From: an uncultured Lentisphaerota bacterium
GTDB taxonomy: Bacteria; Verrucomicrobiota; Kiritimatiellia; RFP12; UBA1067
Assembly (NCBI GenBank): GCA_946413265.1
Contig: CAMKJU010000007.1
Location: 296 to 64,295, forward strand
Direction: 5' to 3'
Length of the DNA stretch: 64,000 nucleotides
Below the pieces are notes generated by a model that had not been told where the DNA came from, did no database searches, and saw only the letters and a program-made list of their open reading frames with translations. Below, piece by piece: positions 32,575 to 43,600 of this stretch. Each line of letters opens with the position of its first letter. Position 1 is the stretch's first letter. The position numbers were made by a program, and so were the translations under genes.

Positions 32575-33852
32575 ATGTCCAACTTTTCGTCAGAGCCGCT
32601 TGCCGCGCGGATGCGTCCCCGCACGCTCGAGGAGGTCGCCGGACAGGCGCACATCCTCGGGCCCGGCAAGCTGCTCCGCCGCGTGATCGAGGCGGACCGC
32701 CTCACGAACATCATCCTGTTCGGTCCGCCCGGCTGTGGCAAGACCACGCTCGCGGAGGTGATCGCCAAGACCACGCGCCGCAACTTCGTGCGCTGCTCGG
32801 GCGTGGTCTCCAACGTCGCCGAAATCCGCAAGGTCTGCGACCGCGCGCGCAACGAGCTCGGCGGCATGGGCACGATCCTCTTCATCGACGAAATCCACCG
32901 TTTCAACAAGGCGCAGCAGGACGTGCTCCTGCCCTACGTGGAGGACGGCACGGTCGTGCTGATCGGCGCGACGACGCACAACCCCTCCATGTTCGTCAAC
33001 ACGCCGCTCACCTCGCGCTCGCTCGTCTTTGAGCTCAAGCCACTCGCGCCGGCGGATGTGGCCGCCCTTCTCGACCGCGCGCTCGCCGACCCCGACCGCG
33101 GCTACGGCAAGGTGCCGACGACGTTCGATCCCGACGCGCGGCAGTTCCTTTCCGAAATCTGCGACGGCGACGGACGCCACGCGCTCACCGCCCTCGAAGT
33201 GGCGGTACGCTCCACGCCCGCCTCGGCGGATGGCGTGATCCACCTCACGCTCGACGTGATCCAGGAGTGCGTCCAGCGCCGACAGGTGCAGTACGACAAG
33301 AAAGAGGACGGCCACTACGACACGATCAGCGCGTTCATCAAGTCGGTGCGCGGTTCCGATCCCGACGCAGCCATCTACTGGCTCGCGAAGATGATCGTGG
33401 CCGGCGAAGACCCGCGCTTCATCGCGCGCCGCCTCGTGATTCTCGCCTCCGAGGATATCGGCAACGCCGACCCGCGCGGACTCACCATCGCCGTGGCCGC
33501 GCTCCAGACGGTCGAGTTCATCGGCATGCCCGAGGCGCGCATCACGCTCGCGCAGGCCACCACCTACCTCGCCACCGCGCCGAAGTCGAACCGTTCCTAC
33601 GAGGCGATCGCAAAGGCCATCCACGATGTCGAGACCGGCGCCGTGCAGCCCGTCCCCGAGCACCTCAAGAACGTCCACGTGAAGGCCATTGGTGCAGAAG
33701 AGCACGACGGCTACAAATACCCGCACACCTACGCAGGTGCCTGGGTGGAGCAGTCCTACCTGCGCATTCCGGAAACCTACTATCTCCCATCCGATCAGGG
33801 CTACGAAGCCACGATCGCCAAGCGCATGGAATCCCTACGCGGTCACCGCTGA
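32575..33852 (+). CDS. rarA: replication-associated recombination protein A (MgsA/RarA AAA+ ATPase)
   Basis: LAARMRPRTLEEVAGQAHILG, GPPGCGKTTLA, ILFIDEIHRFNKAQQDVLLPYVEDG, IGATTHNPS. C-terminal MgsA domain ...AIYWLAKMI..GEDPRFIARR. Confidence 0.9.
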   Translation: MSNFSSEPLAARMRPRTLEEVAGQAHILGPGKLLRRVIEADRLTNIILFGPPGCGKTTLAEVIAKTTRRNFVRCSGVVSNVAEIRKVCDRARNELGGMGTILFIDEIHRFNKAQQDVLLPYVEDGTVVLIGATTHNPSMFVNTPLTSRSLVFELKPLAPADVAALLDRALADPDRGYGKVPTTFDPDARQFLSEICDGDGRHALTALEVAVRSTPASADGVIHLTLDVIQECVQRRQVQYDKKEDGHYDTISAFIKSVRGSDPDAAIYWLAKMIVAGEDPRFIARRLVILASEDIGNADPRGLTIAVAALQTVEFIGMPEARITLAQATTYLATAPKSNRSYEAIAKAIHDVETGAVQPVPEHLKNVHVKAIGAEEHDGYKYPHTYAGAWVEQSYLRIPETYYLPSDQGYEATIAKRMESLRGHR

Positions 33853-33889
33853 CGCGCGAAGCCAAAGTCCAGGGTGGTATGTCACATTG

Positions 33890-34357
33890 TCAGCGCGAGG
33901 ACGCCGCTACGCTGTTACGGCCTCCGCTGAGGGCGAAGCTCACCGAAACGCCTTCTCGCGACAATACCGCACGGCAGGAATCCGTGTCTATGTCAAGGAC
34001 GGTCCAGCCGTCTGCGGTCTGTCCCCGCGCAAGAAGATGGTTCCGCGGCGGCGTGTGCGCCGCATCGGTGAAGCCCACCACTGGCTCGCCGTTGGGCGGC
34101 ACGTTCAGCGCACACACGCGCACGATTGAACGGATGTACTCTGCAAGCTTCTCCTGTTCCAGATTGGTTGCGGGTATTTCAAGTTCGACAGCAGACTTCG
34201 ACGGCATGTGTATTCCGGGATTGTCGGGATTGAACCCTGCCGGAGGACGACCGAACGGCATGCGTTCAAGTATCGTCTGGTACGGCTTGAAGCCATCGTC
34301 AACGGCAACGACGGCGAGTGCCGCACCAATCATGAATGTTGTCAGGCATTTCTTCAT
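33890..34357 (-). CDS. secreted or membrane-anchored hypothetical protein
   Basis: N-terminal hydrophobic segment MKKCLTTFMIGAALAVVAV. No family recognised. Confidence 0.5.
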   Translation of the reverse strand: MKKCLTTFMIGAALAVVAVDDGFKPYQTILERMPFGRPPAGFNPDNPGIHMPSKSAVELEIPATNLEQEKLAEYIRSIVRVCALNVPPNGEPVVGFTDAAHTPPRNHLLARGQTADGWTVLDIDTDSCRAVLSREGVSVSFALSGGRNSVAASSR

Positions 34358-34459
34358 AAAGTACTCCTTGTGTCAACGCCCAACAGTATACCCGTTCCGC
34401 GACGTGAATGCGTCAGGAGAATGTCCGCCGTATGTCAGAAGAATGTCAAAGGCCCCAAA

Positions 34460-35407
34460 TCAGAAACCCGGAAGCGAGAGCTGGCCGGCAACTGTGACTT
34501 TTCGCCCATTCGAGAGCGAGGGATCGCTCGTATCGTATACGACGAACTTGAAGCCTCCGAAACGACGCGCCAGCTCACTTCGGATGTAGTCCGAGACTGC
34601 GGCAACATTGCCAGCGTCGTCATCGGAAAAGCCCACGGCCACCTGATGTCCAAGCGCGTTCGTGCGCTGAAGCGTGCGGAAAAGGTGTTCCACGAAGTCG
34701 CGGATGGCAAATTCCTTGGCGAGTTCCGGTCGCTGCTCGGAAGTTGCCTCAGCCACGCGGGCGCCGAAGTCGTCGTCTCCGGCAAGGCGTTCCTTGAAGT
34801 CGGGATTCGTGACGGCGTGATAGCGGCACATGGAGAGGAAGTAATCGAGCTCCTCCTCGTCCGTGCCGAACTTCTCCACCTTGTCGAAGCAGTAGCGATA
34901 GCCGCGCAGGTTCGACATCATCTCCGCTCGCTCGTCAGGGGAGAGTGCGCTGTCTATGAAGATGTTCACGGCCTCGCGGATCGTCGAGGGGGCGTGCCCG
35001 CGCGCCGTGACGATCGCGAAGATGCGCCCTTCCCGCAGCGTCTTGCGCAAGGTCTCGAAGGACGGCCCCGGCGGCTCGCCGGACGCGATGCGCGCAAGGG
35101 CGCTTTTCGTGTCGCGGATGAATGCGAGGTCGCCCGCGCGTACATCGGGCGCGTCCTGGAAGTCGCGAAACGCGGCATCGCGTCCGCCGTTGCGCGGCAT
35201 GCGGTAATGCTCCGTGTCGGTACGCACGAGAGCGAAGGTGCTGGTGGAGACGGATACCGGACGCCACACGCCGTCGCGGCTGAGTTTTTCCAGGTAGATG
35301 CGCGTGGGCATGTGGAGGATGTTGTCGTCCCAGTCGAAGATGTAGTACTTGAAGTCGCGCTTTGCGACCTCAACGTTCACCGGCTTGCCGTCGATTATCT
35401 CCATCAT
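34460..35407 (-). CDS. HAD-superfamily-like hydrolase
   Basis: Start at MMEIIDG. YYIFDWDDNIL resembles HAD motif I (DxDxT-like), followed by IFAIVTARG. Confidence 0.5.
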   Translation of the reverse strand: MMEIIDGKPVNVEVAKRDFKYYIFDWDDNILHMPTRIYLEKLSRDGVWRPVSVSTSTFALVRTDTEHYRMPRNGGRDAAFRDFQDAPDVRAGDLAFIRDTKSALARIASGEPPGPSFETLRKTLREGRIFAIVTARGHAPSTIREAVNIFIDSALSPDERAEMMSNLRGYRYCFDKVEKFGTDEEELDYFLSMCRYHAVTNPDFKERLAGDDDFGARVAEATSEQRPELAKEFAIRDFVEHLFRTLQRTNALGHQVAVGFSDDDAGNVAAVSDYIRSELARRFGGFKFVVYDTSDPSLSNGRKVTVAGQLSLPGF

Positions 35408-35420
35408 GCGCCCTTCCCGT

Positions 35421-35798
35421 TCACGTCCGATAGGGGCCCAGGAACTCCTCGCGGAAGTCGAAGCCGCCGATAAAGTCGGCAGGCGAGTCGGAGTCGGTCT
35501 TCCCGATGCGCTTCGAGTTGTAGAGGCTGAACACGATGTCGCCCACGTCCTCACATGTGTGCACGCCCCAGTCGCTCAACACGGCGTAGGCGAGCGGGCC
35601 GTAGGCATCAAGCGCGAGGTCACGGAACCAGTCGAGGAGCTCGGCACCGGTGACGTGTCCCTTGGCGGACTCAGACGCCTCGGAGATCACCTGCAGCACG
35701 AAGTCGTATGCACGCGGGTCGAAGCGCGCGTCCTTCTTCAGGATGTCACTGAAGTCGTCGGTCTCGTAGTTGATCGTGGGCGCGTCCATGGCCATCAC
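35421..35798 (-). CDS. hypothetical protein (125 aa), possibly the PVC-restricted Minf_1886-type family
   Basis: Compact acidic ORF in an operon with the HIT and HAD genes. The family assignment is from memory only. Confidence 0.45.
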   Translation of the reverse strand: MMAMDAPTINYETDDFSDILKKDARFDPRAYDFVLQVISEASESAKGHVTGAELLDWFRDLALDAYGPLAYAVLSDWGVHTCEDVGDIVFSLYNSKRIGKTDSDSPADFIGGFDFREEFLGPYRT

Positions 35799-36202
35799 AT
35801 CCGGATGCGCTCGGCAAGCGCTGCCAGCGCGTCCATCTTCCCTTCGTGGTTCGCGAAGGCGATCTCCCCGCCGCCAGCGCCGTAGCGCGGGACGATGTGG
35901 AAATGGACATGCGGCACGGTCTGTCCCGCAGCGGCGCCGTTGTTCTGCAACACGTTGAACCCATCACACGGCAGGGCCGCCTTCAGATGCGCGGCCACCT
36001 TCTGCACGCGCAAGATGATCTCCTTCAGCACGTCGGCGGGCGTGTCCAGAAGACCCGTGTAGTGGTTTTTGGGAATCACTAGGGTGTGGCCCTCGGAAAA
36101 CGGGTTGATGTCGAGGTAGGCGAGCACGAGGTCGTCCTCGCACACCTTGAAGCTCGGAATCTCGCCTGCGGCTATTGCGCAGAAAATGCAGTCGTTTTTC
36201 AT
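35795..36202 (-). CDS. HIT-family (histidine triad) protein
   Basis: MKNDCIFCAIAAGEIPS..., NNGAAAGQTVPHVHFHIVPR (HxHxHxx). Confidence 0.85.
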   Translation of the reverse strand: MKNDCIFCAIAAGEIPSFKVCEDDLVLAYLDINPFSEGHTLVIPKNHYTGLLDTPADVLKEIILRVQKVAAHLKAALPCDGFNVLQNNGAAAGQTVPHVHFHIVPRYGAGGGEIAFANHEGKMDALAALAERIRM

Positions 36203-36957
36203 CAGAAGTAGCCTCCCTTGTCGATGATCTCGCTGATCGTGTCGCCTTGGCGCACCCAGCTGAAGATATCCACCTCGTTGCGCTCGATGCCCTCGGCGCG
36301 CAGCAGCACGTCGTAGGCGATCTCGCGCGGGATGCAGAGGACGCCGTCGATGTCGCCGAAGATGATGTCGCCGGGGCGTACCGTCACCTTGCCCACCTTG
36401 ATCGGCACCTGATAGTGCGTGATCATGCAGCGTCCGAGCGAACCGTTGGAGGTGCGGTAGCGGTAGAACACTGGAAATTTCTGCTCGAGAATCTGCTTCG
36501 TATCGCGGATGCCGCCCGCGATCACCGCGCCGCGGATGCCCTTCGTGATGGCCGTCGCGGTCATCACGCCACCCCAGAGGCTCGCCTCCACGTCGCTGGA
36601 CGTATCCCATACCACAACGCCGTTGGGCTTGAACTCGTCAAGCATCTGCGCGCGGAAGGTCATCTCGCCCTCGATCATCACGTTCGGGGCGCTCTTCACC
36701 GTGAACGCCTCGCCGCACACGGTCATCTCGTCGCGGAGCGGCATGATGTCCGAGGGGAGGTTCTGGTCGAGGAGCGTGAGTTCGCGCATCACGTCGTTGA
36801 TCGCGCCGGTGTAGAGTTTCTCGTAGCGCGCACAGAGCTCCGGAATCGGAATCGGGATCTCGCAGTTCGGGATGCGCTGGCGCGTGGCGATCAGCTTGTC
36901 GAGTTTCATGAGGCCGGCTTCCTTGGCCTTGCCCCGCATGTCTTTCAGAGATGGCAT
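36202..36957 (-). CDS. RraA-family protein (RraA / 4-hydroxy-4-methyl-2-oxoglutarate aldolase family)
   Basis: WGGVMTATAITKGIRGAVIAGGIRD and GDIIFGDIDGVLCIP. The start was chosen at MPSLKD, because the longer track ORF runs into the tRNA gene. Confidence 0.65.
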   Translation of the reverse strand: MPSLKDMRGKAKEAGLMKLDKLIATRQRIPNCEIPIPIPELCARYEKLYTGAINDVMRELTLLDQNLPSDIMPLRDEMTVCGEAFTVKSAPNVMIEGEMTFRAQMLDEFKPNGVVVWDTSSDVEASLWGGVMTATAITKGIRGAVIAGGIRDTKQILEQKFPVFYRYRTSNGSLGRCMITHYQVPIKVGKVTVRPGDIIFGDIDGVLCIPREIAYDVLLRAEGIERNEVDIFSWVRQGDTISEIIDKGGYF

Positions 36958-37049
36958 TCTTGTTTGTCCTTTCAAAACGCAGACCGTGAAAGTATACCCT
37001 TTCCGCGCCGCCGCGTCAATGCGTGACGCGCGATATGCAAAGGAATAGT

Positions 37050-37125
37050 TGGTGGGACTGGCGGGGATCGGACCCGCGACCCCAACATTAAAAGTGTCGT
37101 GCTCTACCAACTGAGCTACAGTCCC
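37050..37125 (-). tRNA. tRNA-Lys (anticodon UUU), CCA encoded
   Basis: The reverse complement GGGACTGTAGCTCAGTTGGTAGAGCACGACACTTTTAATGTTGGGGTCGCGGGTCCGATCCCCGCCAGTCCCACCA folds as a cloverleaf. It has a 7-bp acceptor stem, anticodon loop CTTTTAA and T-loop TCCGATC. Confidence 0.9.
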
Positions 37126-37143
37126 GCTGTTGAAGTGGCGAAT

Positions 37144-37149
37144 AGTATA
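37144..37149 (-). promoter_or_regulatory. -10 candidate (TATACT) for tRNA-Lys
   Basis: Minus strand TTCGGTATACT, 18 nt upstream of the mature 5' end. Confidence 0.3.
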
Positions 37150-37231
37150 CCGAATCGCGCCCGCTCGTGCAATCAGATTTTCAGATTTTCAAACAAGCCG
37201 TGTAGAAAGTCCCCGACGGCGGCATCCAAGG

Positions 37232-37555
37232 TCAGACGCCGAGACGCAGAAGCGTCATGTAGACCGCAGTGCCTGCGATTATGGATAGGAGCGGGTTGCG
37301 TCGCCAGAGCTGGAGTCCGACCGTAATCGCAGCCGCGATGTAGGGAGCCGCCGCGCGCCATTGCATGCCCGTGAACGAATAGACGATGAGGCACCCGATG
37401 ATGACGGGCGAGACGAACGCGCCGAACCTCTCCACCCACGGCGGCAACGGACCCTTCCGCGCGCCGAAGAAGAGAAACGGCAGCGCGCGGAGGCCGAAGT
37501 TGACCGCAAACCCCGCCGCCACGATGCCGATCATGTAGAGCGCGTCATTTTCCAC
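37232..37555 (-). CDS. azlD: branched-chain amino acid transport protein AzlD
   Basis: 107-aa protein with 3-4 TM segments, overlapping the azlC stop. AzlD-like sequence. Confidence 0.7.
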   Translation of the reverse strand: MENDALYMIGIVAAGFAVNFGLRALPFLFFGARKGPLPPWVERFGAFVSPVIIGCLIVYSFTGMQWRAAAPYIAAAITVGLQLWRRNPLLSIIAGTAVYMTLLRLGV

Positions 37556-38144
37556 GGCGGCAGAACCCCCTCATCTGGTCGGTGAAAATGACAAGGAACA
37601 GCGCAAGCATCGCGAATTCCATCCCGTTCGTCCAGTTGCGGATCGCGTCGGGATCGACCACCATCCCCAAGAGCGCCACCGCGACGGCCCCTGACGTGAC
37701 GCCGACGATCCAGTAGGAGTGGTTGAGCGCGGAGAGATACGTGCAGTAGCGGAGATGCGCTTTTGGATCCTTCAGCGGCGACGCCGCCTCCAGGGCGTAG
37801 TTCTCGTCCGTGAGCATGAGGATCAGGTAGCACTTGCGCAGAAACGGCACGTCCTTCCAGCGTCCGAGCATCGAGAAACCGTAGAAGGCGTAGCGAAAAT
37901 TGACGGCGAGCGTCATGAGCGCGAACGCGGCGGCGGAGATGTGCGCCGCGATGTGCGGCACGCCCGCGATACTCATCGTGCCCGTCACCCACAGCGTGCT
38001 CGAGAGGAAGGCCCAGAGCGGCGCGAGCGTCACGTTCCCCTTCGCCGCGAGCAACACGCCCGCGACGAACCCCATCGTCGTGTAGCCCATCAGCACCGGG
38101 AGCGAGTCGCGCAGCGCCAGACGGAATATCCGCGCACCGGTCAT
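37545..38144 (-). CDS. azlC: branched-chain amino acid permease AzlC
   Basis: FRLALRDSLPVLMGYTTMGFVAGVL is an AzlC N-terminal signature. Polytopic. Confidence 0.75.
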   Translation of the reverse strand: MTGARIFRLALRDSLPVLMGYTTMGFVAGVLLAAKGNVTLAPLWAFLSSTLWVTGTMSIAGVPHIAAHISAAAFALMTLAVNFRYAFYGFSMLGRWKDVPFLRKCYLILMLTDENYALEAASPLKDPKAHLRYCTYLSALNHSYWIVGVTSGAVAVALLGMVVDPDAIRNWTNGMEFAMLALFLVIFTDQMRGFCRRGK

Positions 38145-38153
38145 GGAACCGCC

Positions 38154-40436
38154 TTACAGCAGCACGCCCTTCGCGGAGCCCTCGCCCTCGTCCCACCAGC
38201 TGCCCTTGGTGGTCGAGATGCGGGCGATTGCCTTCGTCGTGAGCTGGATACCGCGCGCAGTCGCGCCACGCAGCTCCACCACCGGACGCTTCTCGCCGCC
38301 GCCCTTGTCCACGAGTTCAAGCGGCTCGAACAGCATCTGGTGGATCTTCTGTCCCTTCGCGGGTTTGAACTTCACGTAGAACTGCGCGGGACACCCCGCC
38401 TCGAAGAAGAGCAGCTTGCTCTTCTCGGGTGCGAGACGGTAGTCCTTGTTGTTGATCATGCCGCCGAACGTGAAGCGCTTGATGTAGGAGAAGCCGTACA
38501 GCGGTTCCTCGTACACGCACACGAACTCCTTCTCGCGGTCCTTCTCCGGGTTGAACACGAACACCTCGAGGAGGTCCTTGTCCACGAAGATGCGGTCTTG
38601 CGGCGCGGACATCTTGTAACGGCCGTCCTTCCACACGAACACGAGCTTGTCGAGCGAAGAGCACTTGAAGAGCTCGTCGCCCGTCTTGAGTCCGGCACCC
38701 ACGAAGTGCGCCTCCTTGTCGTAGCGGATCGTGAGCTCGCTCGAGGTGAGCTTGCGCACGTCGGCCTGCTTGAACGGGCCTGCCGACACCTGCGTGCAGC
38801 GCGGATAGGTCTTCTGGTACGCCTTCACGAGGCCCTTGAGGTACTTCACCACGAACGCGCGCAGGTGCACGAGGTTGTCGTTCACCTGCTTCTCCTCGGC
38901 GAGGATGTTCTTGATCGTCTCGCGGTTCTTGTCGATGTCGAACTGCGAGATGCGGCGGATCGGGATCTTGAGCAGGCGCTCCACGTCGTCCAGCGTCACG
39001 TCGCGGCGCAGCTCGGCGCGGTACGGCTTGAAGCCCTCGATCACCGTCTGCTGCACGCCTTCGTACGTCTTCTCCTTCTCGATGCGCTTGTAGATGCGCT
39101 CCTCCACGAAGATGCGGTCGAGGGTGCGCGCGTGGAAGAGGTCGTCCAGCTCCGCGAGGCGGATCTCCAGCTCGCGGCGCGTCAGGAACATGAGGCGGTC
39201 CACGTTCTTCTGCAGGATCTGCGTGACCGTCATCAGCTTCGGGCGTCCCGCGTCGAGCACGATCGGACGCGACGTGATGGAGCGCTCGCAGTCCGTAAAC
39301 GCGTAGAGCGCGGTCTTCACCTTGTCCTGCGACTCGCCCGTCGCGAGCTCCAGCTCGATCTCCACGTTCTCGGCGGTGAGGTCGTGGATCTTGCGGACCT
39401 TCACCTTCTTCTTCTTGATCGCGTCCTCGATGTTGTCGATGAGCGAGTCCGTGGTCTTGCCCCACGGAAGCGCGGTGATCACGAGCTTGTTCTTGTCGCG
39501 GTTCTCGATGACGGCGCGCACCTTCACCTTGCCAAGGCCGTCCTGGTACTCGCTCACGTCCACCACGCCGCCGGTCTGGAAGTCCGGGTAGAGCTGGAAC
39601 GGTTTCTTCTGGATGAGGGCGATCTCCGCCTCGAGGAGTTCGATGAAGTTGTGCGGGAGAATCGACGTCGCGAGGCCCACGGCGATGCCATCCGCGCCCA
39701 TCATGAGGAGGAGCGGGATCTTCGCGGGCAGGAGCACGGGCTCCTGCTTGCGTCCGTCGTAGTTCGGCACGTAGTCCGTGGTCTTCGGGTTGAACACTTC
39801 CTTGCGCGCGAGGTCGGTGAGGCGGCACTCGATGTAACGCGTGGCGGCGGCGGGCATGCCCGTGTAGAGGTTGCCGTAGTTTCCCTGGCCGTCGATGAGG
39901 TAGCCCTTGCCCTCTCCCCACAGCTTGTTCGCGAGCACCACGATCGCGTCGCCGATGGACGCATCGCCGTGCGGGTGGTACTGCATGGCGTGGCCCACGA
40001 TGTTCGCCACCTTCGTGTACTTGCCGTCGTCCTTCTCCCAGAGCGAGTGGAGGATGCGGCGCTGGACGGGCTTGAGCCCGTCCTCCACCGCCGGGATCGC
40101 GCGCGAGCAGATCACGTAGGCGGAGTATTGGCGGAAGTTGAAGTCGAAGAGCTCGCGCAGCGGGCCGTGTCCGGTGAGACCCGGCGGCGGTTCCACGTGT
40201 TGCGGCGCCGACGGGGGGGGAGGCGGGGGAGGCGGCGCGGACGGAGTCCGCGCCCTACTGGCGGGAGGAACGGGTTTCCGCTCGTCCGCAACGGGCGGGA
40301 CGCCCGTTGTCCCAGTGTCAGCGTCCGCGGCGGGAGCGGCCGCGCTTGTCGCGGCCGAAGCCCCCGTATCGGCGAAAAGGTCGAACGAGTCAAACAGACT
40401 CGGTGGTTCATTGTTCTTGTTGTTCTTCTTGCTCAT
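38154..40436 (-). CDS. parC: type IIA topoisomerase subunit A (ParC-like)
   Basis: DGLKPVQRRILHSL, QYHPHGDASIGDAIV, DGQGNYG, active-site AAATRYIECRL. P/A-rich N-terminal tail. Confidence 0.8.
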   Translation of the reverse strand: MSKKNNKNNEPPSLFDSFDLFADTGASAATSAAAPAADADTGTTGVPPVADERKPVPPASRARTPSAPPPPPPPPSAPQHVEPPPGLTGHGPLRELFDFNFRQYSAYVICSRAIPAVEDGLKPVQRRILHSLWEKDDGKYTKVANIVGHAMQYHPHGDASIGDAIVVLANKLWGEGKGYLIDGQGNYGNLYTGMPAAATRYIECRLTDLARKEVFNPKTTDYVPNYDGRKQEPVLLPAKIPLLLMMGADGIAVGLATSILPHNFIELLEAEIALIQKKPFQLYPDFQTGGVVDVSEYQDGLGKVKVRAVIENRDKNKLVITALPWGKTTDSLIDNIEDAIKKKKVKVRKIHDLTAENVEIELELATGESQDKVKTALYAFTDCERSITSRPIVLDAGRPKLMTVTQILQKNVDRLMFLTRRELEIRLAELDDLFHARTLDRIFVEERIYKRIEKEKTYEGVQQTVIEGFKPYRAELRRDVTLDDVERLLKIPIRRISQFDIDKNRETIKNILAEEKQVNDNLVHLRAFVVKYLKGLVKAYQKTYPRCTQVSAGPFKQADVRKLTSSELTIRYDKEAHFVGAGLKTGDELFKCSSLDKLVFVWKDGRYKMSAPQDRIFVDKDLLEVFVFNPEKDREKEFVCVYEEPLYGFSYIKRFTFGGMINNKDYRLAPEKSKLLFFEAGCPAQFYVKFKPAKGQKIHQMLFEPLELVDKGGGEKRPVVELRGATARGIQLTTKAIARISTTKGSWWDEGEGSAKGVLL

Positions 40437-40462
40437 CGTTCTAAAAATTTCTGTGGGTGCGT

Positions 40463-40471
40463 ATTATACCA
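40463..40471 (-). promoter_or_regulatory. extended -10 (TGGTATAAT) upstream of parC
   Basis: Minus strand TTTTGGTATAAT, 26 nt before the ATG at 40436. Confidence 0.4.
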
Positions 40472-40626
40472 AAACCCCCCGAAACCGTGAAGGGACACGT
40501 CTCCTGGAGGTTTCACGATTTTTTTGCGGTTAGCACGGCCACCCCGTGCCGAGGTGGTTTCTCGAACACGACGTAATGCGGCTGACGGGCGGTGCCCCTA
40601 TTTCCACGCCATGATTGGCGTTGTAA

Positions 40627-43600
40627 CTACCTGATGAATACCGATAGGCCCTCTTTCTTGAACCTGTAGGCTCCGGAGACGTTCAGCGGCGTGATGTCCT
40701 CCGCCGTCGAACCCGCCGTCGCAATGATGAAGCGCATTGTCGCGCGCTTTGTCCCGGACGGGTCGCCGAGGTTGTATGTTCCGCCTTCCGACCCAACGGC
40801 GATGTCGTCGAGTTTGACGCATTCGTCCCAGTCGGCGAGATTGAACGCGCCGGGATCCTCACCGGGACTTCTGCCCGAAAACACCACCCAGAGCGTCGAA
40901 GCTGCGGGAAGCGCCGGCCACACCAGCGTCGCGTCGAACGTCCCGTAGTCAAGCGCCGTCAGCTCGATCGGTCCGGCGAACCTCGCGTCCGTCGCCGCCG
41001 TCTGCACGTTCGCGAAACATATGGCGTTGACGTAGTCGTAGCCGCCGCCCGTGAACGACGTCCCCTCCGCTCCGGCGTTGCGCAGAATCTTCTTGCCGAC
41101 CGTATCGTAGAGGCAGTATTCGCCGCCGGTCTTCGCGGGGATGAAGTTGGCGATTGCATTGTTCGACGAGTTCGTCCATGACATGCCGTAGAGTTTCAGC
41201 TTTGAATAGCCGCCTGCTCCGCCGTAGCTGGAAAATATGTACAGGGGAACGGTCGCGTCCTTCACGACATAGCCGCTGCCGTTCCAGTTGAAATTGTTGC
41301 TGCCGTAGCCTGTTCCGTTGACATTGAACACTTTTACGGCGCCGCCGCCCTTTACATAGCGCATCGACAGGCTCAAATCCTCCGCGGCGGGAAATTCGCC
41401 GAACGAGTCATTGCCGTTGTTGGGCATGAACACGTGGAACTTCCTGTCGGCGGTGATGCGCAGGCGATAGCCTCCGGCATGGTAGAAATCCACTTCTTCG
41501 GAGTATGTCTGGCTGTCGAAGTTCACTTTGGCATGCATGGTGGAGCCGGCCGTCGGCATGAAGCCGGTGTTCATATACGCGCCTTCGACGGCGGGCTGGA
41601 TCCATTCCGCGCCCTCGATGATGCTGTCGCCGAGGAAGAAGCGGTAGCAGTTTCCGGAAACGAGGGCTTCCGCCGGCAGGGTGAACGTGCCGCTCGTCGC
41701 GTCTGCGGCGACGGTGCCGATGACGGCGTGCTGCGCGTATGGCCAGTCGTCGAGGTTCGCGCCGTAGTCCTGGTCGCCCCAGGCGACGACGAGCGTCTGC
41801 GCGGCCGCCGCATCGCCGCCGAACGCCAGCGTCGCCGTGCCGGCCGTCTCGTCCAGCCCGGTCAGCTCCATCGTGCGCACGGACTTGGCGAACGTCGTGT
41901 TCGCCGACGCCTCGTTCTGCCACGCCACCGTGCCGAACACGCCCGTCACCTCGTTGGACGCCGTCACGCGCACGTACGCCTTGCCCGCCGTCCACAGGAC
42001 GTCATCGAAGGGAATCGTCGCCGTCCACGCGCCTTCCTCGCCGAGCGTCAGGCCGATCTTCGTGCCGTATGCCGTCGTGGCGCCGTATTCGAGCCACGCG
42101 ACGGTCGTGCCGCTGCCGGCGGCGACCGTGCCGCTTGCGGCGATCTGCTTCAGCGACGTATCTGGCTCAAGCACCGGCGCGGACGGAATGCTCGCCACGC
42201 CCGTCGCGCCAAGCGTCACCACGACGGGAGTCGAGACGCCGACGCTGTTTTCGGCGTAGAGCGTCGCGGTGATCGCGCCCTTGCTCCAAAGGCCGGAAAC
42301 CATCGCCGTGCCGGAGGAGCCGGTCGTCCTGTCCTCCGCGAGAACGGCATTGTGCTCGACGCCTTCGGCAGAGAACGTCGCCTTGACGTCCGGGGCGTCG
42401 GTGCCCGCCTTCGCGAGCGCCCACGCGACCGTCGCCGTGTCGCCGGACGCCGTTATTGCGCAGTTCGCCATGTCGAGGATCGGCACGCCCTCTTCGACTT
42501 CGTAGAGCATCGCGGCGGAGTACATCAGCGGGGCGATGTCGCCGGGCGTCGCATCGGCGGGCGCGACGACGAAGCGCACGGCCGAGCGGCCGGAGGTCGG
42601 CAGGTTGCCGACGGTGAACGTGCCGCCGGTAGAGGTCGCCGTTATGTCGCCAAGCTTGTATCCGGCGTCCCAGTCGTCGAGCGCGACGTCTTCCGGCTCT
42701 TCTCCGTCTTCCAGCACCTTGTACACCATCCACACCGACGCCTCCTTGCCGGGCGCCGTCCACGTCAACGTCGCGTTAAACGTCGAGTTGTCGAACTCCG
42801 TTATCCCAACCGTTCCGCTCTTCTTGGCCGCAGATGCGCTCTGCCCGCCGGAGGGCGTCAGCGCCGGATAGCCGACAACCGCGCCGCCTTTGAACGCCGT
42901 CCCTTCCGCGCCGAGATTGTGTATGAGCGTGCTGTTGTTCTTGTTGTAGAGGCAGTATTCACCGTCCTTCTTCACCGGGATGAAATTGGCCTCGACCGTT
43001 CCCGACGTGTTCATCCACTTCATGTAGTAAATCTTGACGGCGGAAAAGTTGCCGTCGCCGGTATGGTTCGACCACAGGAACAGCGGATTCGCGGGTTTTA
43101 CCACTTGATTGTTGTTGTAGTTGTTCCAATTGGTTGTAGGGGTGGCGGTCTTGCCGTCGATCTTTATCGAGTTGGAACTCCTGTCGGAATACTGGTAGGA
43201 AAGCGTGATGACATGGTCGGCGGTCGTGCTGACGGCTTGGAATGTTATGTTGCCGACGCGGGTGTTGTTTATCTGTCCGGAACCATTGACGCCGAGTTGG
43301 ATGTGGTTCGGCCATCCGGTTGACGCCCGTATGACGTACGCCCAGGTGTCGGAATACGATTTGCCGTCCATGTTCATCTTGAACTCGGCCTTCGGGTTTT
43401 GACTCGGAACGAATCCGGTGTTCATGTATGCGCCGAGGGTTTCGGGCTGGATCCAGGCCACTTCTTCGTCGTAGGCGTCGTCAACCGTCGCGCCGTCGAC
43501 GAGGAAAAGGCGGAAGAACGTGCCGGTGGCGATTGCCGGAGCCGGGAGCGTGTACGTGCCGCTTGTCGCGTCAGCCGCGACCGTTCCGAGTGGAAAGCGC

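Noticed and set aside
37719-40490. Very long plus-strand ORFs: 923 aa here, and also 46579..49806 (1075 aa), 17925..20387 (820 aa), 51534..54023 (829 aa), 60522..63155 (877 aa), 41434..43323 (629 aa), 43399..44781 and 45064..46353.
   Set aside because: Each lies antisense to a minus-strand gene with clear family motifs (parC, smc, SBP/GH127, MFS/exonuclease, mfd, the large repeat protein, the Gfo-family gene). Their translations are R/A/G/H/L-rich low-complexity sequence typical of shadow ORFs in high-GC DNA.
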